Assembly: GCA_041674925.1 (NCBI GenBank) | Contig: JBAYUW010000003.1 | Span: forward strand, 2,042-66,041 | DNA from: Minisyncoccota bacterium | Lineage (GTDB): Bacteria; Patescibacteriota; Minisyncoccia; Phycocordibacterales; GWA1-40-21 | Direction: 5' to 3' | DNA: 64,000 nucleotides | Translations under genes and position numbers: made by a program | Notes under the pieces: generated by a model | Seen by the model: the letters and a program-made list of their open reading frames with translations, nothing else | Databases searched by the model: none | What the model was told of the DNA's origin: nothing | In this document: one piece after another, positions 38,173 to 46,025 of the stretch | Numbering within the stretch: position 1 is the first letter of the stretch | Layout: each line of letters begins with the position of its first letter

Positions 38173-38267
38173 CTATTGACAAAAAGTATCAAGTATGCTA
38201 GACTTGATAATGAACTAGTTTGGTTGGTCTTGTAGATCAACCTTTTAACACAAGAGGAGAAGTAGAA

Positions 38268-38738
38268 ATGAATATCAATGGACTGAGCAAGGCCGCAGTA
38301 CTCGCAGCGCTTTACAACGCTTCCAAACCCCAAGGCATGGGGTTCATGCACTACGATCCGACACCGATGACGGTGGAAGAAGCGCAGGCAGAACTCGACG
38401 GCAATCCGCGTAAACGCTTCGATTACCTCAAGGGCCGTGTCATGAAAATCACGCTCATCGAGGACGAAGTGGATACGTGGGGTTACAACCGCGACAATGG
38501 CGAAGGTGCGGCGGAACGGGCGATTGATATCCTTCGTTCCGAGGGCGATCCCAATGCGCAACCCATTCGTGATACACACAATGCGAACACGCATGCGGCG
38601 GCCGTGGATGTCGAGCGTCATCTCGGTGATCATACCACGGTTAAGACCGAAGGTGGAATCGTCTACATGCATCTCGGCCTGGCAGATGTTCGGGAACACC
38701 TCGCACCTCAGGTCGCCAAGGTCACACGGCGGAACTGA
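38268..38738 (+). CDS. hypothetical protein, GC-rich, probably foreign
   Basis: SD AGGAG; TTGACA..TAGACT promoter from 38176; terminator about 38782-38810. Confidence 0.75.
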   Translation: MNINGLSKAAVLAALYNASKPQGMGFMHYDPTPMTVEEAQAELDGNPRKRFDYLKGRVMKITLIEDEVDTWGYNRDNGEGAAERAIDILRSEGDPNAQPIRDTHNANTHAAAVDVERHLGDHTTVKTEGGIVYMHLGLADVREHLAPQVAKVTRRN

Positions 38739-38887
38739 TCCTCAACAAGAGTCGCTAACCAGATAACAGCGCAGAATCTGGAGCCTCGCATTCGTGCGGG
38801 GCTTTCATTTGTCTAAATTTCTTTATTTTGTGTTAAAATAGTTCCAACTTCGTACTAGACGGCCAGCTAATAAGTTATAATAAGTAT

Positions 38888-39556
38888 ATGGAAGATGATC
38901 TAAAAACATATATCGAAAAATTAGATATAAGAATAAGAGAAATGTTCAACTCTGAAAGTAGTGGACATGATATCTATCACTTACACAGAGTATTTAACTT
39001 AGCCTTACATCTACAAGAAAAAGAAGGTGGCAATAGACTGATTATTGGAGTCTCGGCATTACTACACGATCTTCATCGTTTAATGGAGAAAGAATCGGGC
39101 GTATTTTGTCCACCAACAAATTCTTTACCAGCAGTTAAAAAGCTACTAAAAGAAATTGATTTTCCAAATGTTATTATTTCTAGGGTTTTGCACTCAATCG
39201 AACATCACGAGGAGTATAGTTTTTCAAAAGATGGTAAAACTGTAAATGATTTAGAAACTCTTATCTTACAAGATGCTGATAATTTAGACGCCATCGGAGC
39301 AATTGGAGTTGGAAGAACTTTTGCTTTTGGTGGAGCACATGGAGTGCCCATGTGGATCCCCGAAAAACCTTTCGATAGAGATCACTTTGATGAATCCGAG
39401 AAAGATCCTTCTACTATTCACCATTTTTATTCAAAACTATTAAAATTAGAAAAAAACATGAATACAGAAACTGCAAAAAATATGGCTAAGGGAAGGACTG
39501 ATTTCATGAATAAATTTATCGAACAATTTATTAGTGAGTGGAAAGGTGAAAAATAG
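38888..39556 (+). CDS. HD domain phosphohydrolase (YedJ-like)
   Basis: GHDIYHLHRV, LLHD, LQDADNLDAIGAIG, HFYSKLL. Confidence 0.9.
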   Translation: MEDDLKTYIEKLDIRIREMFNSESSGHDIYHLHRVFNLALHLQEKEGGNRLIIGVSALLHDLHRLMEKESGVFCPPTNSLPAVKKLLKEIDFPNVIISRVLHSIEHHEEYSFSKDGKTVNDLETLILQDADNLDAIGAIGVGRTFAFGGAHGVPMWIPEKPFDRDHFDESEKDPSTIHHFYSKLLKLEKNMNTETAKNMAKGRTDFMNKFIEQFISEWKGEK

Positions 39557-39639
39557 CAGGTTTAATCATTATTCTCTGGTAAAGAGTTTCCAACTTCAAA
39601 CCATACAGTCAGCCAACGTTTTTGTCTAAATTTAAAACA

Positions 39640-40311
39640 ATGAAAACAAAAAAGCATATCATAATATTTTCACACGGTTTTGGAGTCCGTAAAGACGACA
39701 ATGGCCTTTTGACCGAGATAGCCAAAGCTATTCCTGAAGCTGAATCAATACTCTTTGATTATTATCAATTTAATGAGAGAAATAATACTTTAACCATTTG
39801 CCCATTTAGTAAACAAGTGGAAATGTTACTGACTGTAATCAATCAAGCTAAAAAAGATCATCCCGAAGCGACGATAGACCTGATCTGTCATTCTCAGGGG
39901 ACCATCGTTGCTGGTTTAGCCGCACCTATTGGTATTAGAAAGACTATTCTACTTTCGCCACCTTTTGATATGAGTCTTGAGCGTAGTTTAAAAAGGTATA
40001 CCTCAAAGCCCGACGCGGTTGTGAATATCAATGGTATCTCTGTCGTTCCATCTTCAAGTGGTCTTGTAAGAATTATTCCGCCTGAATATTGGGTTGAACG
40101 CAAAGAGGTAAGAGCATTTGAGGCTTACAATAATCTAGCCGAAAAGACGGAACTTATTATCATAGAAGCAAATCAAGACATGTTGATAGAAAAGGTTGAT
40201 TTAAAAGAACTTAGTCCAAAGATAAAATTGGCGCCGCTTGATGGTGACCATGGTTTTTCTGGTAAGGATAGGGGGCCGTTATTGGCTGCCTTGAGAGGCT
40301 ACATCATTTAG
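39640..40311 (+). CDS. alpha/beta hydrolase fold protein
   Basis: FSHGFG, CHSQG, DGDHGF. Confidence 0.8.
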   Translation: MKTKKHIIIFSHGFGVRKDDNGLLTEIAKAIPEAESILFDYYQFNERNNTLTICPFSKQVEMLLTVINQAKKDHPEATIDLICHSQGTIVAGLAAPIGIRKTILLSPPFDMSLERSLKRYTSKPDAVVNINGISVVPSSSGLVRIIPPEYWVERKEVRAFEAYNNLAEKTELIIIEANQDMLIEKVDLKELSPKIKLAPLDGDHGFSGKDRGPLLAALRGYII

Positions 40312-40422
40312 ACAGAATAGCCTTAACTTCGTACCACACGACCAGCTCGCGATTTATCCTCGTTTCTCAACATCAAAAAATCGACCTGTTTTGTGTGTTG
40401 GAATTTTGTTATAATTATTATT

Positions 40423-40848
40423 ATGAAAATAGAACGTCCTAAAGTCGGTGTAAACGTTTTTGTTATTAAGGATAACAAATTACTTCTGGGTAAAGGAAAG
40501 AATGTCTTTGGCGATGGCTATTGGGGATTACCGGGCGGTCATTTGGAGGGTGGGGAATCGATGACTGGTGGAGCAAAAAGAGAGTTAAAAGAAGAGACAG
40601 GGCTTACCGCTGACAAGTTAACATTTCTGAATGTTATAAATGATCCACCGATAGATGAAGGTGGGCATTATGTTCACGTCGGTTTTTTAGCGGAAGATGT
40701 TCAGGGTGAGCCAAGACTTACCGAACCAGATAAATGTTCTGAACTGAAATGGTTTGATCTAAATGACTTACCGCAAGAGGAAGAGATATTTATTGGACAT
40801 CGCAAACAAATAGCTGCATTTTTAAACAAAATCGTGTTTGTTGATTAA
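40423..40848 (+). CDS. NUDIX hydrolase (NUDT15/MutT-like)
   Basis: GGHLEGGES..AKRELKEETGL, EPDKC. Confidence 0.92.
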   Translation: MKIERPKVGVNVFVIKDNKLLLGKGKNVFGDGYWGLPGGHLEGGESMTGGAKRELKEETGLTADKLTFLNVINDPPIDEGGHYVHVGFLAEDVQGEPRLTEPDKCSELKWFDLNDLPQEEEIFIGHRKQIAAFLNKIVFVD

Positions 40849-40983
40849 GGGCTTCCAACTTCATACCACACGACTAGCCAAGTGCTTGATGGAGAAATTA
40901 TCGACCCTTTATTTACTGAGTTGAGTTGGTGAGGTTCTTGTGTTAATATTATTCATGAAAAAGCTATATATCGAAATATTTTA

Positions 40984-42474
40984 ATGAAAAAAGAACAAGA
41001 AAAAAATACTTTTGTTGATCAAATAACACCAAGAAGCCAGGATTTTTCTCAATGGTATCTTGATATTATCAGGGTGGCAGATTTGGCTGAAAATTCACCA
41101 GTCAGAGGTTGTATGGTCATAAAACCTTACGGCTATGCGATTTGGGAGAATATTCAAAAAGTTTTAGATGCCGAGTTTAAAAAACTTGGAACTCAAAATG
41201 CCTATTTTCCACTTCTAATTCCCAAGAGTTTTTTAGAAAAAGAAGCGGAACACGTTGAAGGATTTGCAAAAGAATGTGCCGTCGTGACGCATCATAGACT
41301 TGAAGAAAAAGACGGCAAGCTGATCCCGGCTGGAGAACTCGAAGAGCCGCTTGTGATCCGTCCCACCTCCGAAACGATAATCTACGATACTTTTTCAAAA
41401 TGGATACATTCATATCGTGACTTACCTTTATTGGTAAATCAATGGTGCAACGTGTTTAGATGGGAAATGAGGACAAAGCCTTTTTTAAGAACGTCGGAAT
41501 TTCTATGGCAAGAAGGCCATACCGCTCATGCCACAAAAGAGGAGGCAGACCGAAAGACCCTGGAAATGCTTGAAGTATATAAAAAATTCGTGGAGGATTA
41601 TCTGGGAATATCGCCAGTTCTTGGTAGAAAAACCGAAAGTGAAAAATTTGCTGGCGCAGATTACACGACATCAATCGAAGCTTTGATGCAGGATGGTAAG
41701 GCTTTGCAATCCGCAACCTCGCATATGCTCGGTCAAAATTTCTCGAAGTCGTTTGAAGTTTCGTTCCTAAATGAAAAACAGGAAAAGGAGTATGTTTGGC
41801 AAACAAGTTGGGGCTTGTCCACCAGAATAATTGGGGCTTTGATCATGTCACATTCAGATGATAAAGGGTTAGTTTTGCCACCAAAAATTGCTCAGTTTCA
41901 AACAGTAATAATTCCAATTCACGGAAGCGAAGACGAAAAGGCGATTGTACTTGAGAAAGTCGAGAAAGTGAAAAAGGAGTTGGTTGCCGCTGGCATAACT
42001 TTTAAGTTGGATGATAGAGAGGGTCGTACCGGTTTCAAATATTTTGAATGGGAAAGGAAGGGTATTCCTCTCAGACTGGAGATTGGTCCAAAAGATGTCG
42101 CAAAGAATTCTGTGGTTGTCGTTGAAAGATTGCAAGGCAAGAAAGAATTTGTGGCTGATGAAAATTTGGTTTCTTTTATTAAATCTAATCTAGAAAGTAT
42201 TCAAAATACTTTATTAGATAATTCGAAAAAATTTAGATTAGAAAACACAAGAGAAGTATCAGATTACGAAGAGTTTAAGAAGGTGATTGAAAATAAACCA
42301 GGTTTTATTTCTACTCATTTATGTACTGATAAAAATTGCGAAGAAAAGATTAAAGAGGAAACAAACTCCACCAGCCGATGTATTCCTTTTGGCAATGGAA
42401 TTGGCAACTCTGGAAGGTGCATTTATTGTAAACAGGACGCTCCCAATAAGGTTTTGTTTGCGAAGGCTTATTAA
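40984..42474 (+). CDS. proS: Proline--tRNA ligase, archaeal/eukaryote type
   Basis: DFSQWY, IRPTSETI, FLRTSEFLWQEGHT, QTSWGLSTR, C-terminal AKAY. Confidence 0.96.
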   Translation: MKKEQEKNTFVDQITPRSQDFSQWYLDIIRVADLAENSPVRGCMVIKPYGYAIWENIQKVLDAEFKKLGTQNAYFPLLIPKSFLEKEAEHVEGFAKECAVVTHHRLEEKDGKLIPAGELEEPLVIRPTSETIIYDTFSKWIHSYRDLPLLVNQWCNVFRWEMRTKPFLRTSEFLWQEGHTAHATKEEADRKTLEMLEVYKKFVEDYLGISPVLGRKTESEKFAGADYTTSIEALMQDGKALQSATSHMLGQNFSKSFEVSFLNEKQEKEYVWQTSWGLSTRIIGALIMSHSDDKGLVLPPKIAQFQTVIIPIHGSEDEKAIVLEKVEKVKKELVAAGITFKLDDREGRTGFKYFEWERKGIPLRLEIGPKDVAKNSVVVVERLQGKKEFVADENLVSFIKSNLESIQNTLLDNSKKFRLENTREVSDYEEFKKVIENKPGFISTHLCTDKNCEEKIKEETNSTSRCIPFGNGIGNSGRCIYCKQDAPNKVLFAKAY

Positions 42475-42496
42475 TTTAGACGGACAAACCTTTTTT

Positions 42497-43272
42497 ATGA
42501 AATCATTTGGAGTTATAGGCCATCCAGTTTCTCATTCTTTGTCTCCTAAAATATTCAACACTGCTTTTTCTGCCTCAAAAATAGATGCGGTTTATGAAGC
42601 TGTGGATATTCCACCCGAGAAACTCGAATCATTTATCCAAGAAGAAAAAAACTTAATGAATTTTCTGGCTTGAGTGTAACCGTGCCACACAAAGAAAAAA
42701 TTATTCAGTTTCTCGATGAAATTTCAGAGAGGACGCAAAAGATTGGCGCGGTCAATACAATTATAAAAGCTCAGAATAAATTGATTGGCGAGAATACGGA
42801 TTGCATCGGTGTTCAATATGCAATGAAAAATATTAGAGACATTAAGAATAAATCTTTTTTGCTAATTGGCGCTGGTGGTGTAGCTAGGGCAACAATTTTT
42901 GCGTTAAAGGAGATGGGGGTAAGTAAAATTACTATTTGGAATAGGACAATAGAAAAAGGTTTAAGACTTTCTCAAGACTTTGATGTTCATTTTTCTGAAA
43001 AAATTCCAGATGAATCTGAGGTCATAATTAATTGCACTACAATTGGATTGAAGGACGGGGAAGTATTACCAATATCAGACGAAATTTTAAAAAATGCAAA
43101 GATAGTATTTGATATGGTGTATGGAGAGACGGATTTAATTAAAAGAGCGAAAAAATTTGGGCTTGTGACAATAGAAGGAAAAGAGATGCTATTAGGTCAA
43201 GCCTTTGAACAATTTAAGCTTTTTACGGGTATAGATGCACCGAAAGCGACGATGATTGAGGTGTTAAAATAG
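42497..43272 (+). pseudogene. aroE: Shikimate dehydrogenase split by a -1 frameshift at the A7 run 42645-42651
   Basis: GHPVSHSLSP in first frame; GLSVTVPHK, GAVNT, NTD, GAGGVARA in second frame. Confidence 0.85.
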
Positions 43273-43409
43273 TTCCAACTTCATACCATACAGCTGTTAA
43301 ATACTTTAACAGTGAAATATATAAATTGTTGACACCCAGCAAAATTAGAGTAATATCTTATTTGGACCCCGAGTGACCGTTCATGCTCTAGAGAGAAAGG
43401 CAACTCCGA

Positions 43410-43730
43410 ATGAAGACGAAGAATAAACCCTCGCCCACCCTCAGTGTTCTGAACTTGAAACAGCTGAAGAAACAGCTCACAAATCCGGCCGGTGTGCCAA
43501 TGTGGCAGTTGCACCCATCGGTGCAACATTGTCTGCGGCTTTTTCAGGACCTTCGTCCTGGTACGGTCGAAAGGAAGTGCGCTGATGACTCCGACTGGGT
43601 CGTCAATCACGGCCGTTCATCGGCGATGTTTCTGGTGCCTTACCGACTTAAGAATGGCGCTTTTAATTTGCGCTTTCTTGAGGACAATTCCGCATATGGT
43701 TGGTTCAAAGACATTAGGGTAAAGCCCTAG
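43410..43730 (+). CDS. hypothetical protein, GC-rich, own promoter and terminator
   Basis: TTGACA from 43329; hairpin about 43747-43780. Confidence 0.55.
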   Translation: MKTKNKPSPTLSVLNLKQLKKQLTNPAGVPMWQLHPSVQHCLRLFQDLRPGTVERKCADDSDWVVNHGRSSAMFLVPYRLKNGAFNLRFLEDNSAYGWFKDIRVKP

Positions 43731-43820
43731 ACGGGTTAAGGTCAATAGCCCACAGGAAAGCTCCTGCGGGCTTTCTTGTTTCCGAAAATTCAATATTTTG
43801 TGCTAAAATAGTTTACAAGT

Positions 43821-44594
43821 ATGTATAAAAGAATCATTGTAAAAATAGGAACAAAGGTATTAACCACTGAGGCTGGGACGCTCGATGTTTCTTTCCTTGG
43901 TCACATTGTCGATCAATTAGTGAGGTTGCGCGAAAAAGGATTACAGGTGGTGCTTGTAACTTCTGGGGCTGGAGCGGCAGGACGGGAACTTATCTCACTT
44001 AATGAATCAAAATCAGAGACGGTCAGAAAACAAGTCTTCACTGCCGTTGGTCAGGTTAAGCTGATGAACGTGTATGCGCAGTTATTTGAAAAATATAAAT
44101 ATCATTGTGCTCAAGTCTTGGCGACTAAAGAAGATTTTCGTGATAAAGAACATTATGAAAATATGCAAAATTGCTTTGAGGCCCTGCTTCTCGACAAGGT
44201 CATTCCGATTGTCAATGAAAACGATGTTGTCGCTACGACGGAATTGATGTTTACGGATAATGATGAGTTAGCGGGTCTCGTCGCCAAACAACTTAAAGCT
44301 GATGCTTTGATAATTCTCACGAGCACTGACGGTATTTTGAATGATCAAGGAGAGACTGTTTCTGAGGTAAATGTATCTAATCTCGATTTGGTCGCTGATT
44401 GGATTAATCCAAGTAAGTCAAATAGTGGGCGAGGGGGGATGATTTCAAAGTTTGCCGTTGCCAAGGAATTGTCTGAAAAAGGAATAATTGTTCATATTGT
44501 AAAAGGTAAGAGTGAAAATATAATAGAGCGAATAGTCGCCAGTGAAAAGACGGGGACGGTTTTTCTGTTACACGGTCGACAAATCAGCGCTTAA
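43821..44594 (+). CDS. proB: Glutamate 5-kinase (no PUA domain)
   Basis: IVKIGT, VTSGA, AVGQ, PIVNEND, FTDND, GGMISK. Confidence 0.92.
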   Translation: MYKRIIVKIGTKVLTTEAGTLDVSFLGHIVDQLVRLREKGLQVVLVTSGAGAAGRELISLNESKSETVRKQVFTAVGQVKLMNVYAQLFEKYKYHCAQVLATKEDFRDKEHYENMQNCFEALLLDKVIPIVNENDVVATTELMFTDNDELAGLVAKQLKADALIILTSTDGILNDQGETVSEVNVSNLDLVADWINPSKSNSGRGGMISKFAVAKELSEKGIIVHIVKGKSENIIERIVASEKTGTVFLLHGRQISA

Positions 44595-44625
44595 CTTATT
44601 TCTAGAGAGATGATATGTTTATTAT

Positions 44626-45036
44626 ATGAAAATATTTATCATTTGCAGTAAAAATTTTTACGATCGAATTCCAGAAATCAAAGAGACGCTCGAAAAAATG
44701 GGTCATATTATAACTCTTCCTAATTGTTATAACGATCCAGGAACCGAGGCGCGGTATAGAGATATGAGTAAGGAGGAACATTCAAAATGGAAAGCTGAGA
44801 AACTACTCCATAGCACTGATGTTATTAATAACAACGATTCAGTCTTGGTTCTTAATTTTGAAAAAAATGATATTCAGAATTACATTGGCGGTGCGACCTT
44901 CTTAGAAATGTATGATGCCTTTCGTCTTGGTAAAAAGATTTTTATGTTTAATGATATTCCAGAGGGGATATTGAAAGATGAAATTAATGGTTTCGGTCCG
45001 ATAATTATTAATGGTGATTTAAGTAAAGTAAATTAA
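44626..45036 (+). CDS. Nucleoside 2-deoxyribosyltransferase-like protein
   Basis: KIFIICS..DSVLVLN..YIGGATFLEM..A. Confidence 0.65.
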   Translation: MKIFIICSKNFYDRIPEIKETLEKMGHIITLPNCYNDPGTEARYRDMSKEEHSKWKAEKLLHSTDVINNNDSVLVLNFEKNDIQNYIGGATFLEMYDAFRLGKKIFMFNDIPEGILKDEINGFGPIIINGDLSKVN

Positions 45037-45052
45037 ATTAAACGAACCAATT

Positions 45053-45559
45053 ATGCGCACTATCAAAGTAAACGACAAAATGCAGACGGGGTATTTATAC
45101 GAGTGTACCGAGCCGGTGGGGAAGAATTTTGATGCGCAATTTAAGCCGGATTTGAAGCCGAAAGAAATGTTGGCATTAGGAGTGTTTGGCGGGCGATATA
45201 TTAGAGACTGCCAAAAAGAATTTCCCAAAGATTGGTTCACCAAAGCCAAACTTTTTCCTCTCGGTTTACCTGGGCACGATAAAAATTTAAATTTTTTTGG
45301 TGTCGATGCCTCACAGCCTTTATCAGTTTGGAGAAAGAAGGGCTGGATTCACAAAGACGATCCGCGCGGTTGGTTTCAGTGGTATTGTCGCTATTATCTT
45401 GGCCGTCGACGACCAGAAGAAGATGCAATTCAAATCAAACGTTGGCGGGCGATGACTCGTCATTTGGCCCAGGTTCAGAAAAATTGCCGCGCTGGCGATC
45501 GTTTTTGCCGCCCCAAACAGCGTCAGGCTTTATTGCACTGGGCGTATGATACTCGTTGA
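45053..45559 (+). CDS. Hypothetical protein with Trp-rich motifs
   Basis: LGVFGGRY, WIHKDDPRGWFQWYCRYYLGRR, RQALLHWAYD. Confidence 0.8.
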   Translation: MRTIKVNDKMQTGYLYECTEPVGKNFDAQFKPDLKPKEMLALGVFGGRYIRDCQKEFPKDWFTKAKLFPLGLPGHDKNLNFFGVDASQPLSVWRKKGWIHKDDPRGWFQWYCRYYLGRRRPEEDAIQIKRWRAMTRHLAQVQKNCRAGDRFCRPKQRQALLHWAYDTR

Positions 45560-45613
45560 TAGTGAGTTTTTAGCTTTATTGCTTTAAAAAGCGACTTGCG
45601 GTAAAATGAACTT

Positions 45614-46015
45614 ATGATAAATGAATCATTTACTTCGGGGACTAAAATTGTGATCGTCGAGGATGATAAATTCCTCGGTGGTTTGGTATCGAAAAAATTG
45701 ATTGATGAGGGCTGTGCGGTGCGTCATATTGAAAATGGTGAATTGGCTGGCTCAGCGATCGAGTCGGAAATCCCGGATCTAATATTTTTGGATTTGCTTT
45801 TGCCAGGTATGAGTGGTTTTGATGTTTTGGCTGGTTTAAAGAAAAATGATAAGACTAAAGACATTCCAGTTGTTATTTTATCCAACTTGGGTGAGCGAGA
45901 CGATATTAGACGAGGTTTGGATTTGGGCGCCACTAGTTTTTTGATCAAAGCTTCGATGACCGTGGACAGTATTATTGCTGAAGCCGCGAGAATCTTGCGG
46001 GCCCGAAAGAAATAA
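45614..46015 (+). CDS. Single-domain response regulator
   Basis: IVEDD, FLDLLLPGMSG, VILSN. Confidence 0.92.
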   Translation: MINESFTSGTKIVIVEDDKFLGGLVSKKLIDEGCAVRHIENGELAGSAIESEIPDLIFLDLLLPGMSGFDVLAGLKKNDKTKDIPVVILSNLGERDDIRRGLDLGATSFLIKASMTVDSIIAEAARILRARKK

Positions 46016-46025
46016 ATCTTTCTAT

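Larger units (their letters stand above)
38841..43298 (+). repeat. Five degenerate 27-bp direct repeats at gene boundaries (38841, 39587, 40320, 40852, 43272)
   Basis: Consensus gTTCCAACTTCRTACCAYACRRCCAGC, aligned without gaps. Confidence 0.85.

Noticed and set aside
38082-38699. 205-aa minus-strand ORF
   Set aside because: Antisense to a gene with promoter, SD and terminator, and it runs through tRNA-Gln.
42287-42496. N-terminal extension of aroE overlapping proS
   Set aside because: AroE similarity starts at ATG 42497; the upstream part is an alternate frame of proS.
38841-43298. CRISPR array or classical integron attC sites
   Set aside because: Repeats are 0.5-2.4 kb apart with whole genes between them, are not palindromic, and no cas or intI gene is present.
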